Numbered from the stretch's first letter, positions 9,174 through 16,654 are shown. The stretch is DNA of 24,840 bases from a virus (IMGVR_UViG_2541047117_000001:1-24840); one strand, 5' to 3'. Numbers and translations: made by a program. The notes: a model not told the origin generated them from the letters alone.

Positions 9174-9611
9174 GTGTGGAATAGCAATGGGGCTTTATAT
9201 TATTCTATTACAACCACTATAACAGCTATGGTGAATTACCTATTTGGAAGTTGGCATGTATCTCTAGGAGTACTATTTACCTTTATGGCTCTAGATATAT
9301 TAACAGGGATTGCAAAAGGTGCTTCCACAAGTGGTGTAAGAAGCCGTGTAATGATGTATGGTCTTTTCCGTAAAGCAGGAATCTTAGTTGTAATTATCAT
9401 TGCAAATATGATGGACAAGATGTTAGGAAATGACATGCCAATCTTTAGAACGATTGTTGTAGGTTTCTACGTAGCTGTGGAGGGCATCTCCATCACAGAA
9501 AACTTAATGCTTTTAGGTGTACCCGTGCCACAGTTCATCATTCAGTACCTAGAACACTATAAGGAAGCTCAAGAACAAAAAGGAGAAGAGCTTTCTAAAA
9601 AAAGACTATAA
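9174..9611 (+). CDS. Holin (phage holin 4_1 / TcdE-like family)
   Basis: Three hydrophobic segments and the motifs 'LDILTGIAK', 'GLFRKAGIL', 'EGISITENL..LGVPVP'. GTG start at 9174 after AAGGAGGT. Directly upstream of the endolysin. Confidence 0.9.
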   Translation: MWNSNGALYYSITTTITAMVNYLFGSWHVSLGVLFTFMALDILTGIAKGASTSGVRSRVMMYGLFRKAGILVVIIIANMMDKMLGNDMPIFRTIVVGFYVAVEGISITENLMLLGVPVPQFIIQYLEHYKEAQEQKGEELSKKRL

Positions 9612-9629
9612 GTGTAAAAAATAATGAAA
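9607..9629 (+). repeat. 23-bp dispersed motif copy 2 (TATAAGTGTAAAAAATAATGAAA)
   Basis: 21/23 identical to the copy at 19708-19730; overlaps the holin stop codon. Confidence 0.75.
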
Positions 9630-9721
9630 ATCGAAAGGAGTGATTTATATGTAGTGCCTAATTAGTCGTCCGTAACTTTAGTTTTTGGAAAACAAATTAA
9701 ATTATTAGGAGAGATGTTTTT

Positions 9722-10696
9722 ATGACAGTATTTAATGTAAGTAATATCAATGGAGTACCTTTTGAAAGTAATATTATCCCTAAAGGAAACAGTAACCGTC
9801 CTGCTTATGCTATGAGTCCGAAGTACATTACAGTTCATACAACTGAGAATACAGATGCAGGTGCAAATGCTAGACAACATGCTAAGTTTGTTAATAATGG
9901 TGGAGGTTCAGCAGGTGTTTCATGGCACTTCACAGTAGATGATACACGTATTGTTCAGCATTTACCAATCAATGAAAATGGTTGGCACGCAGGTGATGGT
10001 AACGGAACAGGAAACCGTTCTTCTATCGGTATTGAGACTTGTGAAAACTCAGATGGTAACTTTGAAAAAGCCTTAGCTAACGTTGCTAAACTTGTTAAAT
10101 TCTTAATGGCTCACACAGGAATTGGACTTGGAAACGTAGTTCCACATCAACGTTGGAGCGGTAAATATTGCCCACGTCCAATCTTAAACCGTAAAGGTGG
10201 ATTCGACGGATTCAAGAGAATGGTAGAAGGGGCTACTAATGGTGGTAATACTATTGCTCCTCCAACTGGTGGAAATGGTAAAGATGCAGGTACTCAAGGG
10301 CTTGGTATCGCATATATCGAAGGTGCTAATATTAATCTTCGTAATGCTCCAAGTACAAATAGTACAGTTCTTCGTAAGTTAAACAGTGGTGAAAGCTATG
10401 TTGTTTGGGCTGAGAAGGATGGATGGCTAAATCTTGGTGGAGACCAATGGGTATATGGAGACCCTTCATACATCACTTTTGCTCGCAGAAAAACTAGTGA
10501 TGCAGGTAAGTTAGCTGTAGTTAAAGTTGATGAGTTATGGGTTTACAGCTCTGCTGACTGGAATGATAAAGAGAAGACTGTTAAAAAAGGTGAAGCATTT
10601 ACTATCGTAGATGAGCTAATGGTTAACGGTTCTAAGATGTACAAGTGTAAATACTTCTACATCACTGCAAGCCCTTCATTCGTAGAAGTTCGATAA
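9722..10696 (+). CDS. Endolysin: N-acetylmuramoyl-L-alanine amidase (Amidase_2, XlyA/CwlA-like) with SH3-like cell-wall-binding domain
   Basis: 'KYITVHTTEN...HA...SWHFTVDD...QHLP..ENGWHAGDG...SIGIE', 'PHQRWSGKYCP', then 'INLRNAPSTNS..LRKL..GE.Y.VWAEKDGWLNLGGDQWV'. Confidence 0.95.
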   Translation: MTVFNVSNINGVPFESNIIPKGNSNRPAYAMSPKYITVHTTENTDAGANARQHAKFVNNGGGSAGVSWHFTVDDTRIVQHLPINENGWHAGDGNGTGNRSSIGIETCENSDGNFEKALANVAKLVKFLMAHTGIGLGNVVPHQRWSGKYCPRPILNRKGGFDGFKRMVEGATNGGNTIAPPTGGNGKDAGTQGLGIAYIEGANINLRNAPSTNSTVLRKLNSGESYVVWAEKDGWLNLGGDQWVYGDPSYITFARRKTSDAGKLAVVKVDELWVYSSADWNDKEKTVKKGEAFTIVDELMVNGSKMYKCKYFYITASPSFVEVR

Positions 10697-10720
10697 GAAA
10701 TAATCAATAGAAATACATAC

Positions 10721-10751
10721 AAGCTGACTCTGAATTGAGTCGGCTTATTTC
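10721..10751 (+). terminator. Putative intrinsic terminator after the endolysin
   Basis: AAGCTGACTC-TGAATT-GAGTCGGCTT followed by ATTTC (weak U tract). Confidence 0.6.
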
Positions 10752-10781
10752 TAATTAACAAATTAAAAATGGAGTGATTTT

Positions 10782-11615
10782 ATGACTAGAGAAACAAGTA
10801 TGCCTGCTCAAAAGATTGAGTTGTTTACTTATGATGAGAAGAAAAATGTTTACAAGCCTCTAACAGAAGGTGGAGCAATTCCAGTAGTTGTTAAAGGTGG
10901 AAGTGTTGGTGGAGGTAGTGGTACTGCTTCAACAGGCGAGGTAACTATTAAGAATGATAAATTAGTAGTTCAGTTAGCAGATAAATCACTAGAAACAAAG
11001 GTGACTAATGCATCCCTAGATGTTAAGGTACTAAACCCAACAGAAAAAGTTAGTGCGAACATTACTAACAAATCAATGGATGTCAATGTGTTAAATCCAA
11101 CTAGAGCAGTAGATGCGAACATTACAAATACATCTGTAGATGTTAAGGTTTTAAATCCTGTTACAGAAACAACAATCAAGAATAAGACTCTTGATGTGAA
11201 TATTGCTCCATCTAAGCGTAAGGTTATGAGCTTATTTGGCGGAAATCTAGAGTTACCTTCAGCCAAAGACCCTGCAACGGATACTGGTCATGCAACTGAT
11301 TTCATTGACGTAGATATCTACAATCAATTGGCATTAACATCAATGATTAGCGGAAAAAATGTTAGTGGCGAAGAGTTGCAACCTAGCGATATCCAACAGT
11401 TTAATAGTAGATTAGATGTCAACCTTGAGTGGTCTCATGATGGTGTTAATGTGCATGGTATCACATATCCTATGGGGATGTCACCTGATGACTCATCTAT
11501 TAAAGCTAATGGAAAGTACACTGATATTCTATCAAAATATGTGAAAGTTCGAGTGAAAGGAAGTCATGGTGGCGACTGGAAACCGATTCTAGATTTACGA
11601 ATGGTCTTGAAATAA
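10782..11615 (+). CDS. Hypothetical protein with ~20-aa internal repeats (N.S.DV.VLNP); possibly virion-associated
   Basis: RBS GGAGTGA, 277-aa ORF, four repeats and a predicted beta-rich C-terminal domain. Confidence 0.7.
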   Translation: MTRETSMPAQKIELFTYDEKKNVYKPLTEGGAIPVVVKGGSVGGGSGTASTGEVTIKNDKLVVQLADKSLETKVTNASLDVKVLNPTEKVSANITNKSMDVNVLNPTRAVDANITNTSVDVKVLNPVTETTIKNKTLDVNIAPSKRKVMSLFGGNLELPSAKDPATDTGHATDFIDVDIYNQLALTSMISGKNVSGEELQPSDIQQFNSRLDVNLEWSHDGVNVHGITYPMGMSPDDSSIKANGKYTDILSKYVKVRVKGSHGGDWKPILDLRMVLK

Positions 11616-11676
11616 AATTACTATTTTATCTCATAATATCCTATTTACATAGGTTAAGAAATTGGAGGAATTATAT

Positions 11677-12000
11677 ATGTTTTCTTTAGAACAACTATTA
11701 ATGTACGCTGTAGGATTCATCCTAGTTACAGTCGGTGGCTATGGAATCCGACTACTCAAGAAGAAAGGAATCCTCACTCAACTGAAACAGCAAGAACTAT
11801 TAGTTAATATTGTTGTTAAATCAGTACAACAATCCTATGGAGCTTTAGGAGGGGAGCAGAAGCTATCTATTGCTAAGAAACAACTGATAGAGATGGCAAA
11901 TCATCACGGAATCAAAATTAAGGAAGAACAGGTAGACCATGTAATCAATTCCACAGTTAAACAATTAAAGGCAGAATTTGGTGAAGCTTGGAATAAATAA
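11677..12000 (+). CDS. Second holin (LL-H-like family)
   Basis: One N-terminal TM helix, then 'VVKSVQQSY...GEQKLSIAKKQL...GIKI.EEQVD.VINSTV', typical of LL-H holins. ATG 11677 follows GGAGG. Confidence 0.75.
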   Translation: MFSLEQLLMYAVGFILVTVGGYGIRLLKKKGILTQLKQQELLVNIVVKSVQQSYGALGGEQKLSIAKKQLIEMANHHGIKIKEEQVDHVINSTVKQLKAEFGEAWNK

Positions 12001-12023
12001 ACATAATTGAAGTATTAGAATTT

Positions 12024-12064
12024 TAAGGCATTGACAGTATTTTACGTTAATGCCTTATTTTTTT
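12024..12064 (+). terminator. Intrinsic terminator ending the late/lysis transcript
   Basis: TAAGGCATTGAC...GTTAATGCCTTA followed by TTTTTTT. Confidence 0.85.
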
Positions 12065-12087
12065 ATATAAAAATTTACCATTTTTAG

Positions 12088-12116
12088 TTGCATAAGTGCT
12101 AAAAACATAGTAATAT
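12088..12116 (+). promoter_or_regulatory. SigA-type promoter (TTGCAT-17-TAATAT) with no downstream ORF
   Basis: -35 at 12088-12093, -10 at 12111-12116. It points into the repeat array and antisense to the XRE gene. Confidence 0.45.
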
Positions 12117-12170
12117 AAGGATAGAAGTTTTCTTGTTAGGAAAATTCTAATATAACAATATAGCACTATC

Positions 12171-12395
12171 GAGCGATTGAGCATGTATATATATAACCTT
12201 ATATTAATAATGTATACATCTCAAAATATAGAAACTTATAGACTTCAAAACATATAATTATATTGTTACATATCTTTCAGAATTAAATTTATAGACCTAT
12301 AGACAATTTTTAACCTAACCTTATAGAACCAAAGATTTGCAAGACCTTATAAACCTTATAGAAACATATAGACTTATAGACTAATTTAATCGCTC
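12171..12395. repeat. Array of ~10 short A(A/C)(C/T)TTATAG-like repeats bracketed by an inverted repeat GAGCGATT/AATCGCTC
   Basis: TATAGAAACTTATAGACTT (12227-12245) and TATAGAAACATATAGACTT (12357-12375) match at 18/19. More units: TTTATAGACCTATAGAC, CCTTATAGAACC, CCTTATAAACCTTATAG. Confidence 0.7.
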
Positions 12396-12410
12396 AAAAA
12401 AGCTAATGTA

Positions 12411-12803
12411 TTATTTTACATTAGCTTTTTGCTTTATTAGAATGCTATATGCCTTATCTATTGCTTCAATTGCCTCTCTGACGTCATGTGGAGTGATTCC
12501 TCGTGCCACAAAATCCTCAAGCAAAGTACTCCATTCATATAATCTTTCTACATTTTCTTCATTATTTGGTAGAAAGAAAAAATATATCTCAGTTTCTAAT
12601 ACATCTGATATTTTCTCCATAGCTTCAATGCTAGGGAGGTTGCGACCGTTTTCAATTTTTGATATGTAGCCAAACGAGAGACCTGTCTGCTCAGATAGCG
12701 TTTTTAACGTGTGTCCACGTAGCTTTCTAATACGTCTTAGATTCAAACCAATCGTATCTTTGAGCAAATTAACAACACATCCTATTTTTAGTATCACAAA
12801 CAC
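12411..12803 (-). CDS. XRE-family HTH transcriptional regulator with a SinR-like C-terminal helical region
   Basis: 'GLNLRRIRKLRGHTLKTLSEQTGLSFGYISKIENGRNLPSIEAMEKISDVL' is a canonical HTH_3. The true start may be a few codons downstream. Extended -10 TGATATAAT at 12832-12840 (-). Confidence 0.9.
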   Translation of the reverse strand: MFVILKIGCVVNLLKDTIGLNLRRIRKLRGHTLKTLSEQTGLSFGYISKIENGRNLPSIEAMEKISDVLETEIYFFFLPNNEENVERLYEWSTLLEDFVARGITPHDVREAIEAIDKAYSILIKQKANVK

Positions 12804-12917
12804 CTATTTCAGATTACACCGTTGACAAAATATTATATCATATAATCATATATATATCCTTGCATAAATGATGGTAATGTTGGGAATTTACTGACATGTG
12901 AAAAGTGTTTAATAAAT

Positions 12918-12958
12918 AAAAAGAAGGACTAGACAACATACACCTAGTCCTTCTTTTT
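12918..12958. terminator. Bidirectional intrinsic terminator downstream of phr
   Basis: AAAAAGAAGGACTAG-ACAACATACAC-CTAGTCCTTCTTTTT, a perfect 15-bp stem. Confidence 0.9.
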
Positions 12959-12976
12959 ATTTATTAAATTAGTGTA

Positions 12977-13108
12977 TCAACCACCGTGGTCTCCATGTGC
13001 GTATTGAACTATATCAGGAGCTTTCTGTGCCTCCGCAGGTGATTGAATACCAAACGTCAAGGTTAAAACTGTAATAATTCCGATTAAACTAGATATTACT
13101 TTCTTCAT
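12977..13108 (-). CDS. Phr-like secreted signalling pro-peptide, 43 aa (not in the ORF track)
   Basis: MKKVISSLIGIITVLTLTFGIQSPAEAQKAPDIVQYAHGDHGG*. It has a signal-peptide pattern, its ATG overlaps the rap stop (ATGA), and the C-terminal AHGDHGG resembles B. cereus-group Phr peptides. Confidence 0.9.
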   Translation of the reverse strand: MKKVISSLIGIITVLTLTFGIQSPAEAQKAPDIVQYAHGDHGG

Positions 13109-14199
13109 TTTAATGCCCCTTTATCAAAAGATTTTTTTCTTGCTTGAGAACTTAAATAGAAGTATTTACTCGCTTTTGAATCATTATTCTCTTGATAAAA
13201 ACGAGTTGCTAATTGCTCCGCATACTCTTGAATGTATTCATATAGTTCTTCTTTTTCAAAATATGAAACCCCTGCTAGAACAATTCCTTCAAACTCCTCA
13301 GCAAAAACATTTCCATTAAGAGCGTTTAAAATTTCAAAATGATGACAATACTCTTCATTACCTAACTCAACACATAGTTGACGTCCTTTTGCAATCAATG
13401 TTGCTGATGTGTCATGCTGTCCTAACTTCAAATATTCCCTTGCTTCAATGAATATTGCTTTGAAATGGTTCGGTTTTTTCTCAGACACCTCAGATAAATA
13501 TCTAATAGCCAATTCAGACATGTTTTGTCCTGCATAAAGAAGACCTAAGTTATGGCGAACCATAAGAATAAATTTCTCTTCATTGAGCTTTTGAAAAATG
13601 TCCATTGCTTTCACAAGATGTTCTTCTGCTAATACCCATTCCCTCAAGTTGGTACATGCCATTCCAAGTAGATTTTCGCAGAACCCAACGTTTCGCTCAT
13701 AATTCTCACGCTGTTCAAAAATCACTTTTGCTTTTGCAGTATATTTAACCGAGTTAAGTGATTCGTAAATATCATAATGAAAAGCGCCTAACTTATAGTA
13801 AAACTCAGCTTTCTCAATTTCGTCAGGTATTAATTCAAGGAGAGTTTCTGCTTTTTCAAAATGCTCTTTCGCTATCAAATAGTTACCAATACTCGAAGCA
13901 TGAATAGATTTAAAAAAGTGATAATAATAAGTTAAAAAGTTCTTTGTCGGAATCTCAAATTTTTCAATTTTATCAAAACTGTTTGCAGAGACAGCTAGGT
14001 TGTCTATAACGTATTGAAAGCGAAAATCTAGAAGAGAGTAATATAATAGAAGATTTTGGTCTTCTTCTACATTATCAATCTGTTTATCAATTTCTTCTTT
14101 AAGGCGATGTGCTTGACCAATTCTTCTAGCACGAATTTCTACATACCACTCATTTAATAGTTGTGTAATTTTTTCGTTCCCTTTGACTGAAACGTTCAT
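13105..14199 (-). CDS. Rap-family TPR regulator (response-regulator aspartate phosphatase)
   Basis: 364 aa, 'LLNEWYVEIRARRI..A..LKEEI...EEDQNLLLYYSLLDFR' Rap N-terminus, TPR repeats, RBS GAGGAGG, followed by phr. Confidence 0.95.
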   Translation of the reverse strand: MNVSVKGNEKITQLLNEWYVEIRARRIGQAHRLKEEIDKQIDNVEEDQNLLLYYSLLDFRFQYVIDNLAVSANSFDKIEKFEIPTKNFLTYYYHFFKSIHASSIGNYLIAKEHFEKAETLLELIPDEIEKAEFYYKLGAFHYDIYESLNSVKYTAKAKVIFEQRENYERNVGFCENLLGMACTNLREWVLAEEHLVKAMDIFQKLNEEKFILMVRHNLGLLYAGQNMSELAIRYLSEVSEKKPNHFKAIFIEAREYLKLGQHDTSATLIAKGRQLCVELGNEEYCHHFEILNALNGNVFAEEFEGIVLAGVSYFEKEELYEYIQEYAEQLATRFYQENNDSKASKYFYLSSQARKKSFDKGALK

Positions 14200-14514
14200 A
14201 GTATCCTCCTCATCCTAAACACATTCTTTTAAATAATATAATAACAGGATTTGGAAGAGAATGGTTTGTTTTTTCGATATTTATCAATAAAATTCATAAT
14301 ATTCTGAATAAAATAATAGGAACTCTAGATAACTAGAGTCCAATAGGGTAATGACGAATATTTGTGACTCAACTTCATTATACTATAAAAATTACATAAT
14401 AACAAAGATGGTTTGGTGATTTAAGCTATCCTACGACTGATAAACACCTTAGTATATGTAGGAAGTGTTGAGAGCATAATGGTATTAAGTAAACATTTAA
14501 AGGGGTGTTTAAAA

Positions 14515-14805
14515 ATGGAGAATTTCGAGATATCTATAGCAGATACTAGAACTGGTGAAGTAACAAAGTTAACAGCAAATGACTTGGTATTACATCTAGG
14601 AAAAGATAATGGTGATAATCAATTAGTAGTGATGGGTTGTGTAGAGTTTGTCAATATGCTTGCAGATGAAAGAATGTTAGGTGTCGAAGCTATTGACACA
14701 ATATTCACAACCCACTTCCGTGAAATGTATGAAAGTTTCGAAAACAAGTCTCTAGCTCAAGTAGTAGTAGAAATGAAAGATTTTCCACGCAAACGTGATG
14801 CGTAA
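14515..14805 (+). CDS. Hypothetical protein (96 aa)
   Basis: ORF with RBS AAAGGGGTG before ATG 14515; no recognisable motif. Confidence 0.65.
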   Translation: MENFEISIADTRTGEVTKLTANDLVLHLGKDNGDNQLVVMGCVEFVNMLADERMLGVEAIDTIFTTHFREMYESFENKSLAQVVVEMKDFPRKRDA

Positions 14806-14812
14806 TTTGTTA

Positions 14813-14980
14813 TTGAAATCATGTAACTAATATGATAAAATATCTATAGATATCTGAACAGTACTGTTGCACGAGTTAACTTGAAAATTGACTAGAAGAA
14901 TACATAATTGAGAAGAGCCTAAGAGGGTGGAAAAATCTACCGTATCTTAGGCTCTTCGTGCGTTTAAAGATTCTTCTAGT
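14813..14980 (+). ncRNA. Candidate small RNA: SigA promoter followed by a nested long hairpin
   Basis: TTGAAA-17-TGaTAAAAT (14813-14841). Nested pairs ACTAGAAGAA/TTCTTCTAGT (14891-14900/14971-14980) and GAAGAGCCTAAGA/TCTTAGGCTCTTC (14912-14924/14945-14957). No ORF. Confidence 0.4.
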
Positions 14981-15283
14981 TTACATAAGATATCTTATAA
15001 GAAGCTATATGGAATTTATGAAAGGCGTTTCAAAAAGACAAGTAATCACGTGTTATTGAGACGGAGTGTAAATATTTTTCAGTAACATTAAATTTATTAG
15101 TTGATACTTTATAGTTTGTAATTATATATATTTTAGTTACTAGTGTTAGTTCATTAGGTGCTTCAAGGTTAGTATCTTATGTTGTATTTGCTTCTATATA
15201 TAAATAATCTACTATCTCAAAAGGAAGAGTATTCTTTTGAATTGAGACAAAATAAAAAAGCATGAAATAATTCATACTCTTTA

Positions 15284-15796
15284 TCATCCTTCAAGGTATC
15301 TTTCTAATAAGCGTTCATCGTGTAGGTCTTTATACATCGATACTGTAGGTACTTTATTTATAGAATCATCTGAATTAATTAATTCGAATCCTTGTTTTTC
15401 ATACCACTTTTGATATTCTTTTAATCCCTCAAGTTTAATGAACCTAACATTAACTTGTTTGGCAATATCCTCGATATATTCTATAACCATACCACCTGTA
15501 TTTCTATTTTGATATGTAGTTTCTATGGCTAATCTCCTAATTTCTAACGCAGGATAAAATACATCGGATATATTTACCTCTCCCATTTTGAGAGTAAAAT
15601 AACCTATTAAATCCTCATAGAACATAACTAGTGTTGTATTTTCTTCATATCCTGCAAAATTATAATAGGCACTTTGTTTTAGATAATTACTCATTGTATC
15701 ATTTCTACAATTAAATTCTTGTATTTTATCGAACATGTGCTCATACATTTCTTCATTTAATATTAACATATCTAGTACATCGTAACTAATACTCAA
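15284..15796 (-). CDS. GNAT-family acetyltransferase, similar in layout to TacT/AtaT-type toxins
   Basis: 'FNCRNDTMSNYLKQSA' N-terminal motif, 'LIGYFTL', 'PALEIRRLAIETTYQNRNTGGM' (acetyl-CoA loop), 'WYEKQGF'. RBS GAGGTGGG. Confidence 0.85.
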   Translation of the reverse strand: MSISYDVLDMLILNEEMYEHMFDKIQEFNCRNDTMSNYLKQSAYYNFAGYEENTTLVMFYEDLIGYFTLKMGEVNISDVFYPALEIRRLAIETTYQNRNTGGMVIEYIEDIAKQVNVRFIKLEGLKEYQKWYEKQGFELINSDDSINKVPTVSMYKDLHDERLLERYLEG

Positions 15797-15811
15797 GTAT
15801 TATCCCACCTC

Positions 15812-15882
15812 TTGACTACTACAATTGTATTTTATATAGTTATCTATATGAAAATTATACCAAATTAACGATGAGAGGTAAA
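15812..15882. promoter_or_regulatory. Overlapping divergent SigA promoters of the GNAT and RHH genes
   Basis: + strand: TTGACT (15812-17)-17-TATAGT (15835-40). - strand: TTTACC (15877-82)-17-TGgTATAAT (-10 at 15854-59). Both predicted start sites fall near 15847. Confidence 0.55.
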
Positions 15883-15888
15883 TTGCAA

Positions 15889-16239
15889 ATGACTTACAGA
15901 AGCTTAATCCGAATAAAAGACGAAGACCGTAAAAATCGATGTACTACTCTAGATAAAGATTTGTTAAAGCAGATTAAATTAATTGCTGTTGAAGAAGATA
16001 TTTCATATAATTTCCTTCTTGAAGATGGTATGAGACACATATTAGAAGAGTTTAAAGGTAGACATAATGTAATTATAGTAAAGTCTAAGAATCGAAAAAC
16101 AGTCAATACAACATTCAGTGATGACCTCTATTCTCGTGTTCAAGTGAGAGCTGAAAGATTAGGTGTAAAAACGAATGATTTAATCGAAGAAGGTATGCGC
16201 TATATAATAGGAAGAAACACGGAAAAAGACATGGAATAA
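15889..16239 (+). CDS. Tandem ribbon-helix-helix DNA-binding protein
   Basis: Two similar units: 'RKNRCTTLDKDLLKQIKLIAVEEDISYNFLLEDGMRHIL' and 'RKTVNTTFSDDLYSRVQVRAERLGVKTNDLIEEGMRYII'. ATG 15889 follows GAGAGGT. Confidence 0.8.
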   Translation: MTYRSLIRIKDEDRKNRCTTLDKDLLKQIKLIAVEEDISYNFLLEDGMRHILEEFKGRHNVIIVKSKNRKTVNTTFSDDLYSRVQVRAERLGVKTNDLIEEGMRYIIGRNTEKDME

Positions 16240-16253
16240 TCCATGCCTTTTTT
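16223..16253. terminator. Bidirectional terminator between the RHH gene and doc
   Basis: AAAAAGACATGGA-ATAA-TCCATGCCTTTTT. Confidence 0.75.
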
Positions 16254-16255
16254 CT

Positions 16256-16654
16256 TTATTGTACTGGTATTATTTTTGCTTCTAGAGTTGCTACAATGGC
16301 GTCGAATGGTAGCTTATGATTTACCACATCAACTACGAAGTCCGATGCTTCTTGATAGGTCATATCTAAATCGTATCCGTTGTAATCTAAAAACATTTGT
16401 AAACACGCTAATGCCGTTCTCTTATTCGCATTAAAGAATGCATGGTTTTGTGCCATAGATTCCACTAATGCAGATGCTTTGTGGAAGATTGTCGGGTATG
16501 CATCCTCTAGAAATGCTGACTGTTTTGGTCGTTCCAGTGATGCTTCTAACATATTCATGTCCTTGACTCCACTTTCTTCTAGTGGTGAATACATTTCAAT
16601 CATAACTCCATTTAAGTAAATTGCTTCTGTTGTTGTTAGGTATACTATTTCCAT
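16256..16654 (-). CDS. doc: Death-on-curing (Doc/Fic) family toxin
   Basis: Doc motif HAFFNANKR, 'LEASLERPKQSAF.EDAYPTIFHKASALVES', 132 aa. Confidence 0.92.
   Translation of the reverse strand: MEIVYLTTTEAIYLNGVMIEMYSPLEESGVKDMNMLEASLERPKQSAFLEDAYPTIFHKASALVESMAQNHAFFNANKRTALACLQMFLDYNGYDLDMTYQEASDFVVDVVNHKLPFDAIVATLEAKIIPVQ

Noticed and set aside
437-11266. Short - strand ORFs inside the structural and lysis genes (437-697, 618-923, 752-970, 3186-3386, 3509-3700, 5876-6058, 8021-8242, 8878-9072, 9236-9436, 9662-9880, 10970-11266) and + strand 8647-8841
   Set aside because: They overlap well-supported genes or promoters and lack RBSs or recognisable motifs.
12171-12395. CRISPR mini-array or type III antitoxin array
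   Set aside because: Units are only 8-10 nt, irregularly spaced, with no unique spacers or ~35-nt periodicity. No cas, ToxN, CptN or TenpN-like gene is present in the window.
12822-12846. TTGACA...TATAAT + strand promoter upstream of the XRE gene
   Set aside because: The spacer is only 13 nt; the - strand extended -10 (TGATATAAT) explains the region better.
12977-14199. Arbitrium (AimR-AimP-AimX) system
   Set aside because: The receptor has the Rap three-helix N-terminus with the EDQ motif and no HTH; the peptide is Phr-type, not an AimP-type hexapeptide.
14322-14339. Inverted repeat ACTCTAG-ATAA-CTAGAGT between rap and the 14515 gene
   Set aside because: A single 7-bp stem with no second copy or clear promoter overlap; too weak to call.
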